64,000 bases of DNA, from NCBI GenBank assembly GCA_947626595.1, contig CANQST010000001.1, positions 1,076-65,075 of the forward strand, given 5' to 3'. Both the position numbers and the translations under genes were made by a program. The notes beneath the pieces are model-generated. The model ran no database searches and was not told the origin of the DNA. It saw nothing but the letters and a program-made list of their open reading frames with translations. Of this stretch, positions 55,918-64,000 are shown in pieces (position 1 is the stretch's first letter; every line of letters starts with the position of its first letter). This DNA is from an uncultured Bacilli bacterium (lineage in GTDB: Bacteria > Bacillota_I > Bacilli_A > RF39 > UBA660).

Positions 55918-57900
55918 ATGAATAATAGAAAACAAAAATATATAATAATTGGAGCTTTATGTTTAGTTGTAACTCTACTGTCTATAGGTTATGCTGTATT
56001 GTCTGCTACCTTAAGAATTAATGGAACAGCAAAAGTATCAGGTGAAAAATGGAGTGTTGAGTTTGTAGAAAAGCAAGCGAGGACAATACCAAAAGGTAAA
56101 GCTGCTTGTGATATTGGTACTATCGCTAATACTTCAGTAACAAACCTATTAGCTAAAGTAAAGGTACCAGGAGATAGTTGTACATTTACTATACCAGTAG
56201 AAAATACTGGAACATTGGATGCAAGTTTAGTTGATGTTACTAATAAAGCTTTGTCTTTGTCATATGATGGAAATCAAGAGGATATTGATATCATAAGTAG
56301 TTATATAACTTATGATGTTAGATATGGTAACACACAAGTAAATAATGAAACTAATTTTGATAGCATTGATATCTTAGAGCCAGGTGAAAGAGAAACTATA
56401 ACTTTAAAAGTAGAATTTAAAGAAGAAGCAACACAAATACCAAATGCAGTTGTAACAGTAACAGGATTAGATAGAACTTTTAATTTTGAAAATAAGGTTG
56501 GTTCAAGTACTACTAGTCCAACACCTAACACAACTCCAGTGTTCAATGATACAAGTGGAGCTAATCAACCTGTGCTTAGTGACAATATGATACCTGTAGT
56601 ATATGACGAAACAAGAAAAGAATGGGTAAAACAAAATTTAGATAAAAGTTATGATTATTCACAACAAGTATGGGCTAATGCTGTAACTGTAGTTGAAGAT
56701 GGAACCCAAACAAGAAGTTATTATAAGAAAGCCAAAGCTGGAACTGTTATATCAATGGAAGATATAAACACAATGTGGGTATGGATACCAAGATATAGTT
56801 ATACTATTAAGAGTGAAGATGGGGAGAACTATTATGGTAAAGCAAGTTCAGATAATCAAAGTCCAACACAAGAATTACCTGGAGAAATAGATGTTAAGTT
56901 TATACCCATAAGTGAAAATGATAGTGATGGTAGTGCTCAATACACAGAAGAAGAACCAACTGGATGGTTTACCCCACCAGGGTTTAAATTTGGAGATAAA
57001 GATTTATCAGGGGTTTGGGTAGGAAAGTTTGAGACAGGTTCAATTGATGGAACAGATCATGGAGATGTAGAAACAGATAACTTAGTGGCAATTAAGCCTA
57101 ATATAACATCTTGGAGAAATATTAGAGTATCAACCTTAGAATTAGTTTCCATGGGATTAACTAAAACTGGAAATGTTTATGGTTTTGATAATACCTATGA
57201 TAGTCATGCAATTAAGAATACCGAATGGGCACTTATGGTATACTTAACTCAAAGTAAATATGGTAAATATGGAAATGCATTATATACAGGATCTAGTAAA
57301 GAAGTTTACATTAACAATTACAATAAGTATGTTACTGGCTGTTCGGGTGGAGCCGGTGCTGCAGATATTTCTTCAGAATGTTCTTATCATTATGATAATT
57401 TAACGACAAAAGGACAAGGGACTGGATATGCTGGAGCTGGTGCTTCAACAACTGGAAATGTTTATGGAATATATGATACTAATGGTGGCGCTTGGGAGTA
57501 TGTAATGGGAAGTTATTCAGCTGGAGGACAAAAATATTCTGGAACAGCAGTGTCAAACAATTCTGGATATGTAGGTAAAATTAATAGTGGAACTGCCGAT
57601 TTTAGTGAAAATGCTAGAGAATGGCAAGCTGATAAATATTATGACTTTTATACCAGCGGAGATACATTAACAGCATGTAATGGTAACCCATGTAAAGGTC
57701 ATGCTTTAAATGAGTTTTCACAATGGTATAATGATGGAATGTTTTTTATATTGAGTTCTTACCCATGGCTATATAGAGGTCATGATTATGGCTATAATGC
57801 AACAAGTGGAATTTTTGGATTTTCACGTAGTGGTGGTCATGCGTATGGTGGTGCAAGAGGAAATGATAGTTTCCGTATAGTCCTAACCCCTAACAATTAA
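55918..57900 (+). CDS. secreted protein with SipW-cognate signal, TasA/camelysin-like N-domain and C-terminal FGE-sulfatase/SUMF1 domain (paralog B)
   Basis: MNNRKQKYIIIGALCLVVTLLSIGYAVLSATL signal. Residues ~30-210 parallel the 172-aa TasA-like protein (PGDSCTFTIPVENTGTLDASL vs PGDTITYRVTIENLGTINAKL). The C-terminal half is collinear with paralog A (IKNTEWALMVYL, GIYDTNGGAWEYV, GFSRSGG…SFRIVLTP). Confidence 0.75.
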   Translation: MNNRKQKYIIIGALCLVVTLLSIGYAVLSATLRINGTAKVSGEKWSVEFVEKQARTIPKGKAACDIGTIANTSVTNLLAKVKVPGDSCTFTIPVENTGTLDASLVDVTNKALSLSYDGNQEDIDIISSYITYDVRYGNTQVNNETNFDSIDILEPGERETITLKVEFKEEATQIPNAVVTVTGLDRTFNFENKVGSSTTSPTPNTTPVFNDTSGANQPVLSDNMIPVVYDETRKEWVKQNLDKSYDYSQQVWANAVTVVEDGTQTRSYYKKAKAGTVISMEDINTMWVWIPRYSYTIKSEDGENYYGKASSDNQSPTQELPGEIDVKFIPISENDSDGSAQYTEEEPTGWFTPPGFKFGDKDLSGVWVGKFETGSIDGTDHGDVETDNLVAIKPNITSWRNIRVSTLELVSMGLTKTGNVYGFDNTYDSHAIKNTEWALMVYLTQSKYGKYGNALYTGSSKEVYINNYNKYVTGCSGGAGAADISSECSYHYDNLTTKGQGTGYAGAGASTTGNVYGIYDTNGGAWEYVMGSYSAGGQKYSGTAVSNNSGYVGKINSGTADFSENAREWQADKYYDFYTSGDTLTACNGNPCKGHALNEFSQWYNDGMFFILSSYPWLYRGHDYGYNATSGIFGFSRSGGHAYGGARGNDSFRIVLTPNN

Positions 57901-57902
57901 AC

Positions 57903-57935
57903 ATAAAAAAGACTTGGCTAATCGTCAAGTTTTTC
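57903..57935. terminator. bidirectional terminator between convergent genes
   Basis: aaaaaagacttggctaatcgtcaagtttttc (stem gacttg/caagt). Confidence 0.45.
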
Positions 57936-58241
57936 TTTTAAATTATCATAAATTTTATAAAGTCTTTGAACATTGTTTTCTAAGAAGTAATAATGAAATA
58001 TATATGGAATAAATAGTATTATCATAAGAATAAATAAGATAAATAATAAAACATTTTCTAAGGCTAAAAAGCCTAGTAAAAATAAACAAGCAACTATTCC
58101 AACAAAGACTGTTACAATTAAATGTATTAGTCTTTCATGTTGAAAAAATTTAATCTTTATAAGGACTTGTTCTAATTCTTCTTTAGATAAGTTCTTTTTC
58201 TTTTCTAATTCTTTTATATAGTTTTCTAAGTATTCTTTCAT
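57918..58241 (-). CDS. small membrane protein
   Basis: 107 aa, two TM helices. Overlaps the gmk start by 4 bp. Confidence 0.5.
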   Translation of the reverse strand: MKEYLENYIKELEKKKNLSKEELEQVLIKIKFFQHERLIHLIVTVFVGIVACLFLLGFLALENVLLFILFILMIILFIPYIFHYYFLENNVQRLYKIYDNLKEKLDD

Positions 58242-58933
58242 TGTATCTTCTCCGCTAAATTAATATTTTCAAATTTTTCGTCCATTAATAATTCATGTAT
58301 TTCTTCTTCTTTAGTATCAAGGAAAACTTCTTCTATTCTATCGACACGACATTTTTCAGCTTTAAGAATAGCTTCAACTTTATTAATGGCATCTTCTAAT
58401 ATATCATTAACTACAACGTAGTTATATTTAGATACTTCATTTATTTCTTTATAGGCTTTATTAAATCTTTCAATTATTTTATCATTAGTATCAGTATTTC
58501 TTAATTTTAGTCTTTGTACTAATGTTTTTAAAGATGGTGGCATTATAAAGATAAATATAGCTTCAGGTATTAGTTTTTTAATATTAGATGCTCCTTCAAT
58601 TTCTATTTCTAGGATAACATCTATTCCTTGTTCTAGTTTTTCTTTGATAAAGTTTTTTGGTGTACCATAGTAATTTCCTACATAGTTAGTGTATTCTAAG
58701 AAGTAATCTTTTTTTATTAGTTCTTCAAATTCTTCTTTAGATACAAAATTATAAGTTACTCCATCTATATCATTATCACGCATAGGACGAGAAGTTGTAG
58801 ATATAGATAGAGTTCTAGTTTTATTATCATTTTCTAATAGTCCTTTAATAATACTTCCTTTACCTCCACCACTAGGTGAAGATATAACAATTACTTGACC
58901 TGTTTTCTTTTCTTTAATCATAAATCCTCCCAT
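58238..58933 (-). CDS. gmk: guanylate kinase
   Basis: P-loop SSPSGGGKGS. GMP-binding region (…RPMRDNDIDGVTY…). Confidence 0.85.
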   Translation of the reverse strand: MGGFMIKEKKTGQVIVISSPSGGGKGSIIKGLLENDNKTRTLSISTTSRPMRDNDIDGVTYNFVSKEEFEELIKKDYFLEYTNYVGNYYGTPKNFIKEKLEQGIDVILEIEIEGASNIKKLIPEAIFIFIMPPSLKTLVQRLKLRNTDTNDKIIERFNKAYKEINEVSKYNYVVVNDILEDAINKVEAILKAEKCRVDRIEEVFLDTKEEEIHELLMDEKFENINLAEKIQ

Positions 58934-60108
58934 TTAATAGGAAATATTTTTTCCTCTAATTTTTCTTTACTTAGAATATCATAAATAGCTTGAATTTTTA
59001 ATTCTAATTCTAACATTTCGTCTTTATCTCTTTTTATTTTACTAATTATAGGAATATTTATATCTTTTTTTATGTAATTTAGATAGTTTTTTCCTTTATT
59101 ATTAAAACCTAGTATTCTAATATATTTAACTTCTTTCAATGAATTAGCTTTATCTTTAGTAAAGTTACATAGTATATGAAGTAACATTCTTTTTATTTTA
59201 TTTTCTGTAATTCTTTTTTCTTTTAGATTATTTACTAATTCTTGATAAGTATTACTTTTTAATATTTCTTTTTTTAATTTTTTTTCTAAACCAGTATCAA
59301 CTGTTTGATATTTTAATAAGTTATCTTCTGTTAATATTTTATATTTTAAGAAAGGAAAATATTCTTCAATGAAGTGTAAATCTTGGAGATAATTTAGAGT
59401 ATAACTTGGAACTTCTTCTTTTATTTCTTTTTTTTCATATAAAGCTTTTCTAATAGCGGTAGCGGATGAGTTATTATTTAATTCTAGACTATGATAATTA
59501 TTTGTTCTTTTAATTGTTTCATAGGTAATTTTATAATTATTTTTAAGTATTGTTTTTATGTAACTTATTCCTAAGAGATCATTAGGGGTATTAATTTCTT
59601 TATTAGTTAAGTCTTTTAGTGCTAATGATAAGCTAGTAGGGTAGTTGTTTCCAAATTTAGAATATATTTTAACTAATTTGTCAAAGTCAGGGTTGTTTAT
59701 TTCTGCTTTAGCAATTTCTTCTAAGTCATTTACATTATCTGTTTCACTTCCAAAGATAATTCTTTCACAATTTAAGTGTTCTAATATAGTAATGGCACCA
59801 TAACTAAAGTAATCAGCACTTTGAGTTGCGAATGGGAAAGGTAATTCTACTATTAAGTCGATACCAGCAGTAAGAGCTATTTTTACTTTTTTATCTTTAC
59901 TAATGATACTAGCTTCTCCTCTTTGAGTAAAGTTAGTACTTAATACTAGTATAATTACATGGTTTTTATATTTTTCTTTTATTTTTTGTAAATGATATAA
60001 ATGGCCATTATGAAAAGGATTATATTCTGCGATAATACCAATTGCTTTGATAAGTATTCCCCCTTTCTTTGTAAGTATTCTATCACAAAAGTTACTAAAT
60101 AAAAACAT
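58918..60108 (-). CDS. tmcAL: tRNA(Met) cytidine acetate ligase TmcAL (YlbM/UPF0348 nucleotidyltransferase)
   Basis: IGIIAEYNPFHNGHLYH (HxGH nucleotidyltransferase motif). True start uncertain, because there is no good RBS at the first ATG. Confidence 0.65.
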   Translation of the reverse strand: MFLFSNFCDRILTKKGGILIKAIGIIAEYNPFHNGHLYHLQKIKEKYKNHVIILVLSTNFTQRGEASIISKDKKVKIALTAGIDLIVELPFPFATQSADYFSYGAITILEHLNCERIIFGSETDNVNDLEEIAKAEINNPDFDKLVKIYSKFGNNYPTSLSLALKDLTNKEINTPNDLLGISYIKTILKNNYKITYETIKRTNNYHSLELNNNSSATAIRKALYEKKEIKEEVPSYTLNYLQDLHFIEEYFPFLKYKILTEDNLLKYQTVDTGLEKKLKKEILKSNTYQELVNNLKEKRITENKIKRMLLHILCNFTKDKANSLKEVKYIRILGFNNKGKNYLNYIKKDINIPIISKIKRDKDEMLELELKIQAIYDILSKEKLEEKIFPIKWEDL

Positions 60109-60198
60109 TTATTTACTGTAAAGTGCATAAAATTAAATGTAAAGTTGTAAAGAGTGGTTACAAATATGATATAATAAATTAACTAAAGGGATGATTGA

Positions 60199-61275
60199 AT
60201 GAGAGTTGTTGTGGTTGCGGGTGGTACTGGAGGACATATTTATCCAGCTATTGCGATTATTAATAAGATTAAAGAAAAGGAACCAAATAGTTCTATTTTA
60301 TATATTGGAACAACTGACCGTATGGAAAAAGATATTATTCCGAAGTTAGATATTCCTTTTATAGGAATTGAAATGAGTGGTTTAGATAGAAAGAATATTT
60401 TTTCTAATATAAGTGTTTTGAAGAAGTTTATGAAAGCCGTTAAAAAAGCTAAAGAAATTATTAAAGATTTTAGACCAGATGTGGTTGTGGGTGCGGGTGG
60501 TTATATAACGGCTCCTGTTTTATATGCCTCTTATAAATTAAATATTCCAGTATTAATTCATGAACAGAATTCTCTACCAGGTATGTCTAATAAGTTTATA
60601 TCAAAGTTTGCGAGTAAAATATGTGTATCACTTCCTAGTAGTGTTAAGTACTTTCCTGAAGAAAAGGTTGTTTATACAGGAAATCCTAGAAGTGAAGAGA
60701 TAATTTCTAAAGAAGTTTTTTTGAAGAAAAATTTGGGATTTAGTGAAGATAAAAAGTTAGTAGTTTTAGTGATGGGATCTTTGGGTTCTTTAACAATGAG
60801 TGAGAAGATAAGAGAGTTAATTCCTAAATTTAAAGATAAATTTTATCAAGTATTAGTTATTACTGGTAATAATTATTATGATTCTTATAAAGATGTAGAA
60901 ATTCCTAGTAATGTTAAAGTAGTTGCTTTTTTAGATAATTTAATTAATCTTTTAAAAGATACAGATTTACTTGTATCAAGAGCAGGGGCATCTACTATTG
61001 CGGAAATTACAGCTATTGGACTACCAGCTATTTTAGTACCATCTCCTTATGTGACTAATAACCATCAAGAGAAAAATGCGATGGCTTTAGAGGAAAAGGG
61101 GGCTTGCTTAATTATTAGGGAAGAAGAATTTTCTTCAGAAAAATTGTTAAAAGAAATCGATAATATCTTTTGTAATAGAGAAATTTATAGTAAAATGAAA
61201 GAGGCCAGTAAAAAATTAGGTGTTAATAATTCGGCAACTAGAATATATGAGGAAATTAGAAAGATTATTAGGTGA
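60199..61275 (+). CDS. murG: UDP-GlcNAc:lipid I N-acetylglucosaminyltransferase MurG
   Basis: GGTGGHIYPAIA, GAGGYITAP, and C-terminal GASTIAEI…PY…HQ..NA motifs. Confidence 0.9.
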   Translation: MRVVVVAGGTGGHIYPAIAIINKIKEKEPNSSILYIGTTDRMEKDIIPKLDIPFIGIEMSGLDRKNIFSNISVLKKFMKAVKKAKEIIKDFRPDVVVGAGGYITAPVLYASYKLNIPVLIHEQNSLPGMSNKFISKFASKICVSLPSSVKYFPEEKVVYTGNPRSEEIISKEVFLKKNLGFSEDKKLVVLVMGSLGSLTMSEKIRELIPKFKDKFYQVLVITGNNYYDSYKDVEIPSNVKVVAFLDNLINLLKDTDLLVSRAGASTIAEITAIGLPAILVPSPYVTNNHQEKNAMALEEKGACLIIREEEFSSEKLLKEIDNIFCNREIYSKMKEASKKLGVNNSATRIYEEIRKIIR

Positions 61276-61279
61276 AGAT

Positions 61280-62188
61280 ATGAGTGATTTAATTGAAAAA
61301 CTTAATTCTTTAAATATAGGTAAAGTAGAAGAGAATGTTTCTTTGAGTAAGCTAACTACTTATAAGGTAGGTGGCCGTGTTAAGGCATTAGTTTATCCTA
61401 AGGATATTTCTTCTTTAACTAGGCTATTACGTTTTTTAAGGGGAGAAAATATTCTTTTTAAGGTAATAGGTAATGGTAGTAATCTTTTATTTAGTGATAA
61501 GTTTTATGATGGGGTTATTATTAAGTTAAGTGAGTTTAATGATATTAAATTTTTAAATAGAGAAAAAATTAGAGTAGGGGCTGGATTTTCGTTAATGAAG
61601 TTAAGTTTATTAGCGGCAAGAAAGGGTCTTACTGGTTTGGAATTTGCATCTGGTATTCCAGGAAGTATTGGTGGCAGCGTTTTTATGAATGCGGGAGCTT
61701 ATAAGAGTGATATGGGCTATGTTGTTAAGGAAGTTAAAGTGTTGACACCAGATTTTAAAGTAATTACTTTAGAGAATAAGGAAATGAATTTTCATTATCG
61801 TACTTCTTTTTTGCAGAGACATCCTGATTATATTTGCTTAGAAGTTTTAATAAAATTAAAGAAGGGTAAAAGGGAAGCTATTGAAGAGGTAATTAAAGAA
61901 AGAAAAAAAAGGAGATTGGACTCTCAACCATTAGAATACCCATCAGCAGGAAGTGTTTTTCGTAATCCTCCGGGAATGTTTGCGGGTGAATTAATTGAAA
62001 ATATTGGCTTAAAGGGTAAAAGAATAGGTGGAGCTATGGTTAGTAAGAAACATGCTAATTTTATAATAAATTATCAGAAGGCAACTAGTAACGATATAAA
62101 AAAATTAATCGATTTAGTACATAGTGAAGTCTTAGAAAAATATAATGTCGATATGAAAATAGAACAAGAATTTGTAAATTGGGAGTAA
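61280..62188 (+). CDS. murB: UDP-N-acetylenolpyruvoylglucosamine reductase MurB
   Basis: Start at MSDLIEKLN. FAD-binding YKVGG…GNGSNLL, and C-terminal GSVFRNP…AGELIE. Confidence 0.9.
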   Translation: MSDLIEKLNSLNIGKVEENVSLSKLTTYKVGGRVKALVYPKDISSLTRLLRFLRGENILFKVIGNGSNLLFSDKFYDGVIIKLSEFNDIKFLNREKIRVGAGFSLMKLSLLAARKGLTGLEFASGIPGSIGGSVFMNAGAYKSDMGYVVKEVKVLTPDFKVITLENKEMNFHYRTSFLQRHPDYICLEVLIKLKKGKREAIEEVIKERKKRRLDSQPLEYPSAGSVFRNPPGMFAGELIENIGLKGKRIGGAMVSKKHANFIINYQKATSNDIKKLIDLVHSEVLEKYNVDMKIEQEFVNWE

Positions 62189-62191
62189 GAT

Positions 62192-62881
62192 ATGGCTAAA
62201 AAAATAGTTAAGAAGAGAAAATTGAAAGTATTTAATTTTTTATTAGTTCTTTTGATTTTAACAGGACTATTTTTTGGCGTTAAATTATATTTGGATGTTC
62301 CTCTTAAAAATATAATTATTAAGAATAGTACTTATTTAAATGACGATTATATTATTGATTTAGCTAAGATAAGGAATTATCCTAAGTATTATTATTTTTC
62401 TACTTATAAGATAAAGAAGAAATTAGAGAAGTCTTCTTATATTAAGTCGGTTAAGGTAAAGAGGAGTTTTTTTCATGTTTTAACTATTGAAGTAGTTGAA
62501 AGTATACCTCTTTTTTATGATAGTGTTTCTAAAAAGTATGTTTTAGATACTAAAAAAAAGGTAGATAGTGATGCGATATCTTCTTCTTTTAGGGTACCAA
62601 GAGTTATTAATGAAGTTCCAGATAATAAGTATAATAAACTTATAAAATCAATGGGTCTTATAAGTAAAGATATTTTAGGGAAAATATCAGATATTGAGTA
62701 TCAACCAAATAATTTAGATAAGGATCGTTTTTTACTTTATATGGATGATGGTAATATGGTTTATTTGACATTAACTAAGTTTAAGACAATGAACTATTAT
62801 AATAAGGTTTTAAGTCAACTAGAGGGACATAAAGGTATTCTTTATTTAGATAATGGTAATCACTTTCAAATAAAGGAGTAG
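62192..62881 (+). CDS. divIB: cell division protein DivIB/FtsQ (POTRA)
   Basis: N-terminal TM then POTRA-like domain. Conserved position after murB. Confidence 0.7.
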   Translation: MAKKIVKKRKLKVFNFLLVLLILTGLFFGVKLYLDVPLKNIIIKNSTYLNDDYIIDLAKIRNYPKYYYFSTYKIKKKLEKSSYIKSVKVKRSFFHVLTIEVVESIPLFYDSVSKKYVLDTKKKVDSDAISSSFRVPRVINEVPDNKYNKLIKSMGLISKDILGKISDIEYQPNNLDKDRFLLYMDDGNMVYLTLTKFKTMNYYNKVLSQLEGHKGILYLDNGNHFQIKE

Positions 62882-62887
62882 ATATAG

Positions 62888-64000
62888 TGAAGAAATATTT
62901 AAAGTATATATTATTATTTCTTTATTTTAGTGTATGCTTAATTATATGCTATACAGTATTTAGAAATGATACTTTTGTTAATTATGGCTTTAGCTACGCT
63001 ATTAGTAGAGGAGAAATACCATATAGAGATTTTAATTTAGTTGTACCCCCTCTTTCCCCATTAATTTATTCGATATTTTTACTTTTTAATAAATCTATTT
63101 TAACTTATTATTTGACACAAGCTTTTTTCTTAACAGTATTTTCTTATTTTATTTTTAAGTTACTTGGTAATAAGGGATATTTATTTTTACTTTTAATGAT
63201 GTTACCTTTTCCTATTGCCTTTGTTAGTTGTATGTATCCAGGATATAATTTTTTAGTATTTTTTCTTTTAATAGTTTTAATTTATTTAGAAAAAGAAAAG
63301 AAAAGTGATTTATTAATTGGGCTTATTATAGGATTTATTTTTTGTACTAAGCAAACACTAGGGGTTTTAGTATTACCTAATATTTATTTTTTATTTAAGG
63401 ATAGAAAAAAGTTTGGTAAAAGAGCATTAGGTTTTTTAATACCAGTAGGAGTAATGTTTTTATATTTATTAATTACTAAGAGTTTATATCAATTTATTGA
63501 TTTATGCTTTTTAGGTTTGTTTGATTTTAATAATAGTAATTCTTATGTTAATATTTTTTATTTAATAGTACTAATTGTATCAATAGGATTAGTTTTATTT
63601 AAAATAATTAATAATAAAAAAAATATTATTAATTATTATGTTTTGTTTTTTGTAATTATAAGTATTCCAATAATTGATTTTTATCATGTTTCTTATTTTA
63701 CTTTAGCAGTAATTTTGCTTTTTTTAATGGATTTTAAACTAAAAAGAAATATAGTAAAACAAAGTATTCTTTTTATGGTTAGTATTAGTAGTATATGGAT
63801 GTTTATACAGGTTAAGTATATTGATAACTTTACTATTTCTAGTTTACATAATTTTCCTTTCTTAGTTGCGTCAAATGATTATTTTAAATTTATTAAGGAA
63901 GTTGATGATTATACTAAGACATTAGATAAGAAAGTAATTTACTTAGTAAGAGGTACAGAAGATTATTTATTTAAAATTATGAATGATAAAGATATTACTT
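62888..64000 (+). CDS. polytopic membrane protein (glycosyltransferase-C/ArnT-like?), partial — runs off the window end
   Basis: GTG start. Frame open to position 64000 (VKKYLKYILLFLYFSVCLIICYTVF… ≥10 hydrophobic helices). Absent from the ORF track, presumably because no stop lies within the window. Confidence 0.5.

Noticed and set aside
56310-56546. 78-aa antisense ORF inside FGE paralog B
   Set aside because: It is embedded antisense.

Overview
AT-rich (~30% GC) chromosomal segment of a low-GC Gram-positive endospore-former; gerE, gerM, spoIIIAH and a YjcZ-type small sporulation protein are all present. Most of the window is conserved core genome: an ABC transporter, a GH3 hexosaminidase, the ireB-ruvX-DUF1292-mltG-O-methyltransferase block, typA, rpmB, tex, sepF/DivIVA, def, a SEDS protein, gmk, tmcAL, murG-murB-divIB. 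Interspersed are accessory-looking modules:
(i) a thioester-domain (TQxxIW) Cna-B adhesin with its own sortase, driven by two tandem consensus sigma-A promoters;
(ii) a CIRCE operator in front of an hsp20 gene;
(iii) a minus-strand operon encoding a TasA/camelysin-like protein with a SipW-cognate signal peptide, a SipW-type signal peptidase fused to a ~230-aa polytopic membrane domain, and a bitopic membrane protein, ending at a tRNA-Arg(TCT);
(iv) a BceRS/BceAB-type peptide-antibiotic sensing and detoxification module preceded by a decayed IS200/IS605 TnpB remnant;
(v) an 836-aa protein with a type IV pilin (class III) N-terminus, four ~95-aa repeats and a Cys-rich tail, with no pilus machinery nearby;
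(vi) a HerA-type (HAS-barrel) ATPase with a Q/A-rich tail, preceded by a putative lipoprotein gene and a DUF4143 AAA ATPase;
(vii) at 52.3-57.9 kb, an island made of an orphan HipA-like kinase, a tandemly duplicated ~350-bp unit each encoding a 27-aa hydrophobic type-I-toxin-like peptide (the second copy with a consensus promoter and an SD-sequestering hairpin), and two paralogous secreted FGE/SUMF1-domain proteins. One FGE paralog carries a TasA-like N-domain and a SipW-cognate signal. The other has its RBS, ATG and signal peptide separated from the body by an (AT)9 dinucleotide tract that puts it out of frame, so it is a candidate phase-variable gene.
The most interesting hypothesis is a SipW-dependent secretion/fibre system whose substrates (a TasA-like protein and two FGE-domain proteins) share one signal-peptide type, with one substrate under SSR phase variation.
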